Source: an uncultured Selenomonadaceae bacterium (lineage in GTDB: Bacteria > Bacillota > Negativicutes > Selenomonadales > Selenomonadaceae). From it: DNA of 49,457 nucleotides. The stretch spans positions 1-49,457 of the forward strand of contig CACYUQ010000006.1 of NCBI GenBank assembly GCA_902777615.1, written 5' to 3'. A program made the translations under genes and the position numbers. Shown piece after piece: positions 9,096 to 18,980 of this stretch. Under the pieces are notes generated by a model, which ran no database searches, was not told the DNA's origin, and saw nothing but the letters and a program-made list of their open reading frames with translations. Every line of letters begins with the position of its first letter. The stretch's first letter is position 1.

Positions 9096-9213
9096 AATTG
9101 AACCCTCCAAAATAATATAATCAATCTATTTTACACCAACGGCAAACAGCAGACAAGAGTGCGACAGCAGAGAAAGCAAATTTTTGCGACCGTGAATTTC
9201 TTGGTGCAAGCTA

Positions 9214-9242
9214 TTGACGGCACGCAAGAAAATACATACTAT
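9214..9242 (+). promoter_or_regulatory. Putative promoter of the DUF815 ATPase/cell-wall gene string
   Basis: TTGACG at 9214-9219, a 17-nt spacer, then TACTAT at 9237-9242. Confidence 0.4.
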
Positions 9243-9277
9243 ATATAGGGAAGCAAACTATTTTGGGGGCGACCGCC

Positions 9278-10537
9278 ATGACAAAAAAACCACATCTGTA
9301 CGAGCTTTTGATTTGCCGTTCACTACTGGACGATGACATTTTGCAATGCCTTGAAGCGTATCTCGAGCATCCGTCGGACATCCACATGCAGTATGAATTC
9401 GCCGCGCGCCTGATTGACTCGGCGGAGGAATTCGGCCTTTCCGGGAATCTGTTGCGCGCCTATCTGCTGAACCGTCTCGCGAACGACGACAACATCGTCG
9501 CGCGCAGTGTCGAACGCTCAAAGGGACATATCTCGGCGAGCCTTCGCAGCGCTTTCGTACATGATCTGGAGGTCTTGGAGCCGCTATTGCGCGAAACGCC
9601 CAGCGCGTTCCTGACGCTTTCCCTGCTCGACGACTACACACCGGGCGAGGCGACGATGACGCCGGGCATCGCTGGACTGCAAGGCGTGCTGAAGCGCCCG
9701 TGGACGCCCACAAAACTCGCCGACGCGCTGACAGAATATTATCTGCGCTTCGGCTGCGGCGACATTTCCGCTTATCGCGCGTTCCGCTGGGATGAAAAAG
9801 ACGGGCTGATCGGCATCCGCCATTTCGAACCGATCCGCTTTACCGACCTGATCGGCTACATGAGCCAAAAGAAAGAACTGCAAAGCAACACCCTCGCATT
9901 CCTCGCAGGGCGCCCGGCGAACAACGTACTGCTGGTCGGCGCCCGCGGCACCGGCAAGTCCTCGTCCGTCAAGGCGCTGGCAAACGAATACTTCTCGATG
10001 GGGCTACGCCTCGTGCAGATCACGAAGCCGCAGCTTGCAAGCCTGCCGCGCATCATGGAGACTTTGCGCCGCTTCGCTTCAAAGCATTTCATCCTGTTCC
10101 TTGACGACCTTTCCTTCGAGGACAACGAGGTCGAATATAAATATTTGAAATCCACCATTGAGGGCGGCGTCGAGTCGCGCCCCGAAAACGTGCTGATTTA
10201 CGCCACGTCCAACCGCCGCCATCTGATCAAGGAAACTTGGCGCGACCGCGAGGGCGGAGAGGATGAGGTTTATAAGGCCGACAGCATGAACGAGACCATT
10301 TCCCTGTCCGACCGCTTCGGCCTGATTATCAACTACCGCTCGCCAAACCAAAACGAATATCTGGCAATCATCGACTACCATCTGCGTGCGAACGGCGTAA
10401 TCCTGCCACCGGAAGAGCTTCGCATCCTTGGACAACGCTGGGAGATGGAGCACTCCGGCAGGAACGGCCGGACCGCCCAACAATTCGTCACCCATTATCT
10501 GGGGCAGATGAAAGAGGACAACACCAAAACGTTGTAA
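9278..10537 (+). CDS. AAA-type ATPase, DUF815-like
   Basis: Walker A LLVGARGTGKSSSVKAL and Walker B FILFLDDLSF. ATG at 9278 follows GGGGG by 8 nt. Confidence 0.7.
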   Translation: MTKKPHLYELLICRSLLDDDILQCLEAYLEHPSDIHMQYEFAARLIDSAEEFGLSGNLLRAYLLNRLANDDNIVARSVERSKGHISASLRSAFVHDLEVLEPLLRETPSAFLTLSLLDDYTPGEATMTPGIAGLQGVLKRPWTPTKLADALTEYYLRFGCGDISAYRAFRWDEKDGLIGIRHFEPIRFTDLIGYMSQKKELQSNTLAFLAGRPANNVLLVGARGTGKSSSVKALANEYFSMGLRLVQITKPQLASLPRIMETLRRFASKHFILFLDDLSFEDNEVEYKYLKSTIEGGVESRPENVLIYATSNRRHLIKETWRDREGGEDEVYKADSMNETISLSDRFGLIINYRSPNQNEYLAIIDYHLRANGVILPPEELRILGQRWEMEHSGRNGRTAQQFVTHYLGQMKEDNTKTL

Positions 10538-10552
10538 ACAGGATTGTTGCGC

Positions 10553-11587
10553 ATGAGATATTTTCTCGTAAGCCTGCTCTTTTTCACGGCGGCAATCGGC
10601 GGTGGCTATTGTTTCTCGATTTTCGCGGAACAGATGGACACGCTTGAAAAACTGCTGGCAAATCCAATTCCCGCCGAGACCGTACCCGCAGCAGAAGACG
10701 AAGCCGAAGAGGAACCGCCGTCCGGTACGCCCTTTCGCATCGTTATCAATCTGGCCAGCCGCAGTCTCACGCTCTATGAAAACGGAACGAGGTCGCGCCT
10801 GTACCCGGTAGCGGTTGGAAAAGAATGGACGCCGACGCCCACCGGGTATTTCATCGTCGAGGACAAGCAGGAAGATCCGGCATGGGCGGATCCTCGCCGA
10901 GAAGAAGTCGTCGTACCGCCGGGCGAAGATAATCCCCTCGGCACGCGCTGGATGGGCATCGGCGGCTATTACGGCATCCACGGTACCAACGCACCTTCTT
11001 CCATCGGCGACTATATGTCAAACGGGTGCATCCGAATGTTCGACGAAGACGCGCAAGAACTGTTTTCCATGGTACCGACAGGTACGCTGGTCGAGATCGT
11101 CTATCAGCGCGTCGTCGCCGACAGAGGCGCGGACGGCACGGTCAATCTTTACTGCTATCCCGACGGCTACGGATGGCAGGAAGTGAGCGTAAAGGACGCA
11201 ATCGAAGCGCTTCAAGCTTACGGCGTGCAAGACTTTGCAGATCCGGAAGCGATTTCGGCACATCTCGAAGCGTCCGGCGGCGAACCGCTCTTCATCGCGA
11301 AATCGTTTCCCGTCGTGAGCCACGGGACGGAACTGAACTTTTTTGCGGTGCAGGAGGACGAGGAAGTCTGGCTCCCCGCCGCGCCTTTGTTCCACGCATT
11401 CCAAACATCATGGGATTGGAATGCGGAAACTCAGCAAATCACTGCCCGACGCCGTGCCGTCCCCGGCGTCCAAAAAGGCGCGAACGTCTATCTGCCCGCA
11501 GACCGGCTTGAAAAAGTTTTGCCGCTGAGCGGCACACTGAACGCCACCGGACAGTATGAACTGACGGTGGGCAGACTGCAACCATAA
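10553..11587 (+). CDS. L,D-transpeptidase (YkuD domain) with N-terminal membrane anchor
   Basis: LTLYENGTRSRLYPVAVGK..TPTPTGYF...NPLGTRWMGI..YGIHGTN.PSSIG...SNGCIRM is the YkuD catalytic motif. N-terminal TM segment MRYFLVSLLFFTAAIGGG. Confidence 0.88.
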   Translation: MRYFLVSLLFFTAAIGGGYCFSIFAEQMDTLEKLLANPIPAETVPAAEDEAEEEPPSGTPFRIVINLASRSLTLYENGTRSRLYPVAVGKEWTPTPTGYFIVEDKQEDPAWADPRREEVVVPPGEDNPLGTRWMGIGGYYGIHGTNAPSSIGDYMSNGCIRMFDEDAQELFSMVPTGTLVEIVYQRVVADRGADGTVNLYCYPDGYGWQEVSVKDAIEALQAYGVQDFADPEAISAHLEASGGEPLFIAKSFPVVSHGTELNFFAVQEDEEVWLPAAPLFHAFQTSWDWNAETQQITARRRAVPGVQKGANVYLPADRLEKVLPLSGTLNATGQYELTVGRLQP

Positions 11588-11623
11588 AAGTAAACGGAGG
11601 AATGAAAAACGGAACCTCTCGAA

Positions 11624-12643
11624 ATGCAAGATAAAAAATCCCCTAAGCGGAATTCTCATCGTCTTTGGAAACGTATGACGCTGGGAGGATTGATTTTCTG
11701 TCTGTGCGTCGCCATCGGCGCGATCGGCCAGCTGGCGCTGGCGAAAGTCCTGCCCCACGAGCGTTCCGCCGCTCCCACGACTACCATCAAAACCGAGACC
11801 ACGAAACCGGGAAAAGGAGCCCAGGAACCGGCACCAACGACGCAAACGCCCCCGGAGCAACCATCCTCGGAACCAAAAATGCCAAGGCCGCGCCCGTATC
11901 TTGTTGCCAATAAGCACTTGACCAACCTTCGATCCTCCAATCCGGCAACGCCGATTTATGACCGATACACTTTGACGGAGCGTACAGAGAAAGGACTTCC
12001 GTTGGCTCTTCCCTATATCGAGCCGTACACGGAACAAAAAGTCGCCTATCTGACCTTTGACGACGGCCCTGACCTCGTCAACACGCCGAAAATCCTCGAC
12101 ATCCTGAAAGAACAGGACGTCCCGGCCACTTTTTACGTGCTCGGATGCCGCGCGCAGGAAAATCCAGAGCTAATCCAGCGCATTTTCAACGAAGGACACG
12201 CAATTGGAAACCACAGTTACGACCACAACTACGACACCCTGTATTCCTCACCGAACGATTTCCTCTGGCAAATCCTCTACACCGACGAAATCCTGCATGG
12301 TATCCTCGGAGTGCGTCCGCTGATTGTCCGTGCTCCGGGCGGCACCTCCAGCATGTTCACTGACGAGTATTGGACTATGCTCGACGAGAACGGATATGCG
12401 ATACACGATTGGAACGTCTGCACCAACGATGCCACACAGGAAAAACCAAACGCGGCGCGGCAGCTCGAATATGTGGACGTCCAGACGAACTGTCCGAAAA
12501 ACGGCAACGCCGCCATCGTCCTGATGCATTGCACTGCGGACAAGACGGAAACAGTCAAAGCCCTGCCGGAAATCATCCGCCTGTTAAAACAAAAAGGCTA
12601 CACCTTCGGCGTAATAACTCCCATGACACCCCAGCCGTATTGA
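11624..12643 (+). CDS. Polysaccharide/peptidoglycan deacetylase (NodB homology domain), membrane anchored
   Basis: VAYLTFDDGPD...ATFYVLG...GHAIGNHSYDHNY are NodB motifs. N-terminal TM segment followed by a Pro/Thr-rich linker. Confidence 0.88.
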   Translation: MQDKKSPKRNSHRLWKRMTLGGLIFCLCVAIGAIGQLALAKVLPHERSAAPTTTIKTETTKPGKGAQEPAPTTQTPPEQPSSEPKMPRPRPYLVANKHLTNLRSSNPATPIYDRYTLTERTEKGLPLALPYIEPYTEQKVAYLTFDDGPDLVNTPKILDILKEQDVPATFYVLGCRAQENPELIQRIFNEGHAIGNHSYDHNYDTLYSSPNDFLWQILYTDEILHGILGVRPLIVRAPGGTSSMFTDEYWTMLDENGYAIHDWNVCTNDATQEKPNAARQLEYVDVQTNCPKNGNAAIVLMHCTADKTETVKALPEIIRLLKQKGYTFGVITPMTPQPY

Positions 12644-12679
12644 AAGATATGACACGTCAAAATGATACGGACAAAAAAA

Positions 12680-12710
12680 ACGCAAGCGAACATTTCGCCT
12701 GCGTTTTTTG
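12680..12710. terminator. Bidirectional rho-independent terminator (deacetylase / mutS2)
   Basis: acgcaagcgaa-cat-ttcgcctgcgt stem flanked by A8 and T6. Confidence 0.8.
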
Positions 12711-12749
12711 TTTGTCAACGATATACTCCAAGAAAACCGAAAATCAACT

Positions 12750-15125
12750 TTATTTCAATTTCACGACCGTCGCGCCGAGGCCGCCCTCGTCCATGTCAGC
12801 GAAAGCGAAGGAGCGAACCGCCCGGTGGCTTTTCAGGTACTCATGGATTCCCTTACGGAGCGCGCCGGTGCCTTTGCCGTGAATGACAAGGACTTCTTTC
12901 AGTCCCGCGAGCTGCGCGTCATCGATGAACTTTGCAACGAGCTGCTCGCCTTCGTCGACCATGCAGCCGCGAATATCGAGCTCCCGATGCACGGACGCCG
13001 CCTTCGTGAGCAGCGCGCCCGACGCCACCGAGGCGCCGCTTTTTTTCTCCGGCTTTTCCTTCTTTGCGCGGCCGACGAAGCGGCAGGCGTCCGCCTTGAC
13101 CGTCGTCGTCATGCCGCCGATCTGCACGAAAATTTCCTTTCCTTTCGTCTCCAGCACCGTGCCCTTTTGGTCAAGAGGCACGATATAGACCTCGTCGCCT
13201 GCCTGGAGCTTGGCGGCGTCCACTTTTTCACGATAAGCGGGATTCGACGAGAAACCGGGGCGCACTTCGTCCGCCATGTCCCGCAGCCTGCCGCGCGCGT
13301 CCTGCATCACCGCGCTCCGGCTTTTCTCATCCTGCTCTTTCGCCTGCTCCTTGAGGCTCTTGATGATTTCCTCGGCTTCGCGCCGCGTGCGCCGCACGAG
13401 AGCCGCGCTTTCATTTTTCGCGTTTTTCAGGATTTCCGTTTTCTTCCGCGTCACCTCATCCTTGAGCTTCCGCCATTTTTCCTCCAGCTCTTTCGCCCGT
13501 GCGCCTCGCTCGGCAATTTCCGCGTTTTTCTGCTCGTAGAGGATTTTTTCCCTCTCCAGCGCGCCGACAACCTTTTCAAACTGTGCGTGATCGGCACGAA
13601 TCAATGCCTCGGCGCGAAGCAGGATCGACTTCGCGAGTCCAAGCCGCGCGCCGATGGCAAAGGCGTTGCTGGCGCCGGGAATGCCGAGCAGCAGGCGATA
13701 AGTCGGACGCAGCGTCTCCGCGTCGAACTCGACGCAGGCATTTTCCACACCGTCCCGCGCGTAAGCGAAGGTTTTCAGCTCCGAGTAATGAGTCGTGGCG
13801 ACCACGGACGCGTCGATTTCCAAAAGCCGCTCCAAAATCGCCATGGCCAGTGCCGCGCCCTCTTCCGGGTCGGTGCCCGCGCCAATCTCGTCGAGCAGCA
13901 AAAGGTCGTCCCGCTCCGCTTCGCCGAGAATTTTCACGATATGGCTCATATGCGAAGAAAAGGTCGATAGGCTCTGCTCGATGCTCTGCTCGTCGCCGAT
14001 GTCCGCGTAAATTTCCCGGTAGACGGTCATTTCCGCACCGACGGCGGCGGGCACGAAAAGCCCGGACTGCGCCATCAGTGAAAGCAGCCCCAACGTCTTC
14101 ATACTGACGGTCTTGCCGCCGGTGTTCGGTCCGGTGACGAGCAGCATACGAAAATCCCCGCCCAGCGTCAGGTCAATCGGCACGACATTTTCATCGGCAA
14201 TCAGCGGATGGCGCGCCTTTTCGAGACGCACGCGCCCCTCGGGATTCATCTCAGGGCGCACGGCACGAACCTTTCGTGCCAGCCGCGCTTTGGCAAAGGC
14301 AAAATCCAACCCCGCAAGAATTGAAAGATTATCCTGTAATACTTCGGCATTCCGCCCGACGTCGGCTGACAGCCCCCGCAGGATGCGGGCGACCTCCTGC
14401 CGCTCGGACAGTGTCAATTCCTTGATGTCGTTATTCAGCGTGACAACTTCCATCGGCTCGATAAAGAGCGTCGCGCCCGTGGTCGATTGATCGTGGACGA
14501 TGCCGGGCACGGCCTGCCGATACTCCTGCTTGACCGGGATGACATAGCGGTCCTCGCGGATCGTGACGATAGCGTCCTGCAAAAACTTCTGCTGCGCCGT
14601 CGAATGAATCATCGAGGACAGCGTATCTTTGATTTTTTGCTGCGCAACACGGATGCCCCGCCGGAGCTTTGCCAGCGTCAGGCTCGCGTCATCCCGCAAC
14701 ATGCCATGTTCGTCGACGGCGTTTTCGAGGCGATTTTCGAGCTGCCCAAGGATTTCGAGCCCGCGCGCCCGTTCCTTGAGCATCGGCGCAAGATCCGGCG
14801 AAAGCTCCTTGAAAAATCGCTTCACTTCCCGCGTCGCATAGAGCACGCTGACAATCTCGGAAAACTGCTCGATTTCCAGCGTCGCGCCCATCGCCGCCTG
14901 TTTCAGCGCAGCGCGGACGTCGCGAATCGCGCCGAGGGGCGGCGAAGACACGGACAGCACATCCCGTGCCTCCGCCGTCTCACCCAACCAGTCTTCCACT
15001 TCACCGAAATCCGAGGACGGCAAAAGCGCCGCCGCCCGTTCCTTTCCGAGAAACGAGCCAGCCTCCGCGGCCAGCAGCGTCAAAATTTTGTCATATTCCA
15101 ACGTCTGAAGCGTTTCCTGTTTCAT
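12750..15125 (-). CDS. mutS2: Endonuclease MutS2
   Basis: 791 aa. MutS ATPase motif GPNTGGKTVSMKTLGL, a coiled-coil region and a C-terminal Smr domain (ELDIRG...VIHGKGTGALR). Confidence 0.95.
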   Translation of the reverse strand: MKQETLQTLEYDKILTLLAAEAGSFLGKERAAALLPSSDFGEVEDWLGETAEARDVLSVSSPPLGAIRDVRAALKQAAMGATLEIEQFSEIVSVLYATREVKRFFKELSPDLAPMLKERARGLEILGQLENRLENAVDEHGMLRDDASLTLAKLRRGIRVAQQKIKDTLSSMIHSTAQQKFLQDAIVTIREDRYVIPVKQEYRQAVPGIVHDQSTTGATLFIEPMEVVTLNNDIKELTLSERQEVARILRGLSADVGRNAEVLQDNLSILAGLDFAFAKARLARKVRAVRPEMNPEGRVRLEKARHPLIADENVVPIDLTLGGDFRMLLVTGPNTGGKTVSMKTLGLLSLMAQSGLFVPAAVGAEMTVYREIYADIGDEQSIEQSLSTFSSHMSHIVKILGEAERDDLLLLDEIGAGTDPEEGAALAMAILERLLEIDASVVATTHYSELKTFAYARDGVENACVEFDAETLRPTYRLLLGIPGASNAFAIGARLGLAKSILLRAEALIRADHAQFEKVVGALEREKILYEQKNAEIAERGARAKELEEKWRKLKDEVTRKKTEILKNAKNESAALVRRTRREAEEIIKSLKEQAKEQDEKSRSAVMQDARGRLRDMADEVRPGFSSNPAYREKVDAAKLQAGDEVYIVPLDQKGTVLETKGKEIFVQIGGMTTTVKADACRFVGRAKKEKPEKKSGASVASGALLTKAASVHRELDIRGCMVDEGEQLVAKFIDDAQLAGLKEVLVIHGKGTGALRKGIHEYLKSHRAVRSFAFADMDEGGLGATVVKLK

Positions 15126-15313
15126 ATAGCTCCTTCTTTATGTTTCCTTTTAGGAATCACTGATCAAGTCAAGTCGTGGCCCTGTCGAGGGATTTTTTCG
15201 TCAGGCAAGGAAAAGTGCTCGAAGGCGTTGCATCGCTACGTCGAAAGCACTTTGACGCGGCATGACGGAAAAAGACCCGGCAGGGACATGGCGGGACTTA
15301 TTCGGTGGTTCCT

Positions 15314-17827
15314 TTACAATACGCCGCGGAAATAATGGCCGCGCGTGATTTCTTTGCCCTCGATGCAACCAGCGCGCTCTTTCTGCGACTCCGAAAGCTC
15401 TCCGTCATAAAACAAAAACTCACGATACCCGCGCACAATCTCCCCGATTTCCCGCGCGGTCATATATCGCCCGTCGATGCGCAGGCGGTCGACGCCGATC
15501 TGCGCGAACCGCCCCGCGTGCGGCAACATTGAGAGCGTTTTCGCGTTCAAGACATGCATTTGACAGCCCGCATCCGTCACAATCGGGAACATCGCACCGG
15601 TGCGATCCTTTAGGAAAAACTGCCCCTTCACGCAAGGCACGGAACATTTTCCCGCGCCGACATTCCCCAAAAAACTACCGAGCGCACAATAAGCCGAAAC
15701 CATCAGCTCGATGCGCCCATGCACGATACATTCCAGCGGCAGCACGCTCTTTCGCGCAAGGGCCTCAATCTGCGAAAAATTCAGTTCCGGTGAAAGCGTC
15801 GCCCGCGAAAAGCCGAGGTCCGCAAGTGCGCGAATCGCCAGCGCGTTGAACGCCAGCAGGGAAAAATCGCTCTGCACGGGCAAATCCGAAAACGCCCGTA
15901 CCGTGCGAAGCGTGCCGAGATGATGGACGTAAATCGCATCGGCGGGTGCGTCCGATAGCGCGCGCAAAAGCGCCGTGAACGACGGCAGAAAAGCGTCCCG
16001 CAAAATGCGCGGCGTGGCGAGGAAAACATCTTTGCCCGCATCCCGCAAAAGTGTCCAGACCTCATGGTACTCATCCGGCGTCACGAGACGGTGCCCGTAA
16101 GCGTCCCCGCCGTAAAGCACGCCGTCCGCCCCGGCCTTGACCGCTGCCCGCGCTTTTTCCGGCGTATCGGCATGGACAATCAGTTTCGGCGGTTTGTTTT
16201 TATCTTTCCGGTAAACCGATTTCTCCGTGGCTGACATAGAACGAGACATACCCGCGTCTGCCGCGAGTTTCGCCCGCCGCGCGGAAATTTTCGCAAGCCG
16301 CACCTCGTCGAGCCGTGAAAGCGCCTCGCGGCGTGTCTCGTTCATCACGCTCATAGGCACCATCACGTCGTCTCCGATTTCCGCTTCGAGGGCTTCCAGT
16401 GCGTAGGCGGTGGTCCCCATGCGTCCCATCTGTTTTTCCAGCGTCTCCCGCGTCAACGGTCGTTTCTCCGCCTGGGGGCAGATATATTCCGACTGCGCCT
16501 CGCCCCGCGCGCCGTCCGCTGTCTCCGCCGCCACAAAAAACGGCGCGCCGACGGCCGCTTTCACGACGAGCCGCACGGGAATCCTGCGCTGCCCCGCGCC
16601 CGTGTAAGAAGCCCGCGCCTCCTCAGTCAGCGCCGCGTCAAACACGCGGAACACGCGATCATGGGGATGCGCCGCCCGAGCCAGCGGGAACGTCACTTCG
16701 TCCCCCGCCGCGCCGCGCTCGATATCTCGGCCCTTCACGTCCCGCAAATCGCGCACCGTCTCCGCCACGCGCCCGCCGGTCTTGACCCAAATATCCGCTT
16801 GGTCGCCGACGGAAATCGCCTCCGCCAGCTTCACGCGCACCCGTTTTCCCTGCGCGTCATAGGAAACGACTCGCCCGACGAGCAGCCCGCGGTTGTTCGG
16901 CCGCTTGTCGCTCATCATCTCCTTGCCGGGATTGCCTAAAAGATACGCCGTCGTAAAATCCCGGTTGAAAATCTGCGCGAGCCGCCGATCCGCCTCGCGT
17001 GCCGCCGACTCGTCCGTCCTGTCCGAAATTGCGCGGTCGATTGCGCCCCGATAAGTCGCCGTCGCCACCGCAACATACTCGGGACGCTTCATGCGCCCTT
17101 CGAGTTTCAGCGACGCGACGCCCGCCTCAATCAACTCCGGCAGTAACTCGACCGTCTTCAAATCCCGGGGCGATAACAGATATTTTCCCGCCGTGCCCTC
17201 CGTCGCATCGTCGCCGTTTTCATCGACCAGCGTATACGGCAAGCGGCATGGCTGCGCACACCGCCCGCGATTTCCCGAGCGCCCGCCGATCATACTGCTC
17301 ATCAGGCACTGGCCCGAATAGCAGACGCAGAGCGCGCCGTGAGCGAACACTTCGATTTCCGCGCGGCTCTCCGCACAAATGGCGCGAATCTCCGGCAGTG
17401 ACATTTCCCGCGACAGCACCACCCGGGAAAAGCCCAGTTCTTCCAACGCGCGGACACCCGCAAGATTGTGGACGGTCATCTGCGTGCTGGCATGAAGCGG
17501 CAGTCCCGGCGCAACCTCCCGCGCCAGCCGCGCAACGCCGAGATCCTGCACCAAGACCGCGTCCGCGCCCGCCTCCTCCAAAAAGCGCAGATAATCGTCC
17601 AGTGCGGAAAGCTCCGTATCGTCCACCGCCGTATTTACCGTGATATGCACCGCCACACCGCGAAGATGCGCATATCGGATTGCCTCACGAAGCGCCGCCT
17701 CATCGAAATTCTCCGCATAGGCTCGCGCCCCGAACCGGTTCCCCGCCAAATACACCGCATCCGCGCCATTCTCCACCGCGGCGGCCAGCGCCTCCCGGCT
17801 CCCCGCCGGCGCCAAAAGCTCAACCAT
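15314..17827 (-). CDS. Peptidase U32 family protein (long two-module form)
   Basis: 837 aa. Starts MVELLAPAGS...GADAVYLAG, has a Cys-rich segment typical of U32 (EVFAHGALCVCYSGQCLMS) and a second U32-like half. Confidence 0.85.
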   Translation of the reverse strand: MVELLAPAGSREALAAAVENGADAVYLAGNRFGARAYAENFDEAALREAIRYAHLRGVAVHITVNTAVDDTELSALDDYLRFLEEAGADAVLVQDLGVARLAREVAPGLPLHASTQMTVHNLAGVRALEELGFSRVVLSREMSLPEIRAICAESRAEIEVFAHGALCVCYSGQCLMSSMIGGRSGNRGRCAQPCRLPYTLVDENGDDATEGTAGKYLLSPRDLKTVELLPELIEAGVASLKLEGRMKRPEYVAVATATYRGAIDRAISDRTDESAAREADRRLAQIFNRDFTTAYLLGNPGKEMMSDKRPNNRGLLVGRVVSYDAQGKRVRVKLAEAISVGDQADIWVKTGGRVAETVRDLRDVKGRDIERGAAGDEVTFPLARAAHPHDRVFRVFDAALTEEARASYTGAGQRRIPVRLVVKAAVGAPFFVAAETADGARGEAQSEYICPQAEKRPLTRETLEKQMGRMGTTAYALEALEAEIGDDVMVPMSVMNETRREALSRLDEVRLAKISARRAKLAADAGMSRSMSATEKSVYRKDKNKPPKLIVHADTPEKARAAVKAGADGVLYGGDAYGHRLVTPDEYHEVWTLLRDAGKDVFLATPRILRDAFLPSFTALLRALSDAPADAIYVHHLGTLRTVRAFSDLPVQSDFSLLAFNALAIRALADLGFSRATLSPELNFSQIEALARKSVLPLECIVHGRIELMVSAYCALGSFLGNVGAGKCSVPCVKGQFFLKDRTGAMFPIVTDAGCQMHVLNAKTLSMLPHAGRFAQIGVDRLRIDGRYMTAREIGEIVRGYREFLFYDGELSESQKERAGCIEGKEITRGHYFRGVL

Positions 17828-17831
17828 GATT

Positions 17832-18501
17832 TTATCCTTTCAATTCATTCTCGATTTCCTCAATCGTCGGCAATGTGCTCTTGAAGTTCGTAATGGCCTT
17901 TCCCTGCCGCTCGTAAAGATCAGTATCAAGAAAATTGAGCAACATTGCCCGCGACCAGTTGTTTTGTACGGTCTGTTGCACGTAAAAAAGAGCATTGTCC
18001 CGCTTTTCCTCTTTACCAAATTTGTCAATGATCAGCTTATGATGCCCCCAAGGAATACTGAATATTACACTCTCCATTATTTTTTTCCCAAACTTGGGGA
18101 GATATTTCCGGGACTGCTTCCAATTTCTCCCCAACTTGGGGAAGTTTTTGAATTGACGGAAAAATTCCCTCAACTTTAGATATTATTTCAGGCACAGTTT
18201 GTGCTTGAAATAGTGGAGAATATAAAAGATAAAAACGTTTGATATACCGCAAATTGGTAGAGGAAAACCCTTTCGCCATCGGAAGTGCCGCCCGCAAATC
18301 CTTGCTTAACATCTCCATGAAGCTGCTGCCCCAGCGGCTCTCGGCCTTCATTTCCACAATGTCCTTGCCCAGAGACCAATAAAAAGCAAGCAGCTCCCGA
18401 TTCACCTTCACGGCAGCTTTGATTTGGCTCTGTTTGAAGCGTCGGCTCAGAGATTCGACCCATGTCTTATATTCGGAATCCATGTTGATAAGCTGGCTCA
18501 T
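17832..18501 (-). pseudogene. DUF1016 (YhcG-like) gene remnant: frameshifted and lacking the C-terminal nuclease domain
   Basis: The N-terminal frame (MSQLINMDSEYKTWV...LYWSLGKDI...NLRYIKRFYLLY) and the downstream frame (..IPWGHH...NNWSR..LYERQ) together match the DUF1016 N-terminal region. The frames switch at an A7 run (18080-18086). The ORF stops right after ...NFKSTLP.., with no PD-(D/E)XK module. Confidence 0.75.
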
Positions 18502-18531
18502 GAAATGCCCTCCACGTTCTCCGTTATCCAT

Positions 18532-18753
18532 TCAATGCTTTTTCTTCTTCGCCGCCCGCTTTTGCCGCTTCTCCTGCGCCTTTCTCTCCTGTTCCCGCTC
18601 TGCCTCGTATGCCGCCTTTTCCTCTTCCAGCGCACGCTTCCGAGCCCGGCTCTCTCGGAACAAAATGAACAGCCCGATTGAAGAAAGAATCGCCGCCACC
18701 ACATACAGACCCATATATTCCGGATCAAGCTCCATACTGCCAAAAATATTCAT
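18532..18753 (-). CDS. Small membrane protein with Lys/Glu-rich tail (hypothetical)
   Basis: One TM segment (LYVVAAILSSIGLFILF) followed by a highly charged coil (RKRALEEEKAAYEAEREQERKAQEKRQKRAAKKKKH). Start chosen at MNIF..; no homolog recognised. Confidence 0.4.
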   Translation of the reverse strand: MNIFGSMELDPEYMGLYVVAAILSSIGLFILFRESRARKRALEEEKAAYEAEREQERKAQEKRQKRAAKKKKH

Positions 18754-18980
18754 CTGCCGCTTCCCTTTCTGCACAAAACTTCCGCATTTCATTCCCTATT
18801 GTATCATCGTCGTATTTGTTTATTATATCTCAAACGGACAGTGAAAATCCATAAAAACTTGATGAGTCATACTTTGTAAGCTCAAAATATATTCCAAAAT
18901 TCTTCCTCTGCACCAGCACCAAAAAGGAGCGTCACCGCTTTAAAAGCCGTGCGCCCCTTCTCCATGCAAAATTTACTATT

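Noticed and set aside
9096-9262. Possible T-box riboswitch upstream of gltX.
   Set aside because: The 167-bp gap is shared with the divergent DUF815 promoter. No T-box sequence or terminator/antiterminator pair is visible.
12708-13970. Very long ORFs antisense to real genes, for example 12708-13970(+), 22878-23966(+), 39308-40381(+), 46514-47542(+), 5677-6417(-) and 37740-38582(-).
   Set aside because: They lie opposite genes with unmistakable homology patterns (mutS2, trpS, the ABC ATPase and so on). Their translations are Arg/His/Pro-rich low-complexity sequence typical of shadow ORFs in high-GC DNA. They also lack an RBS.
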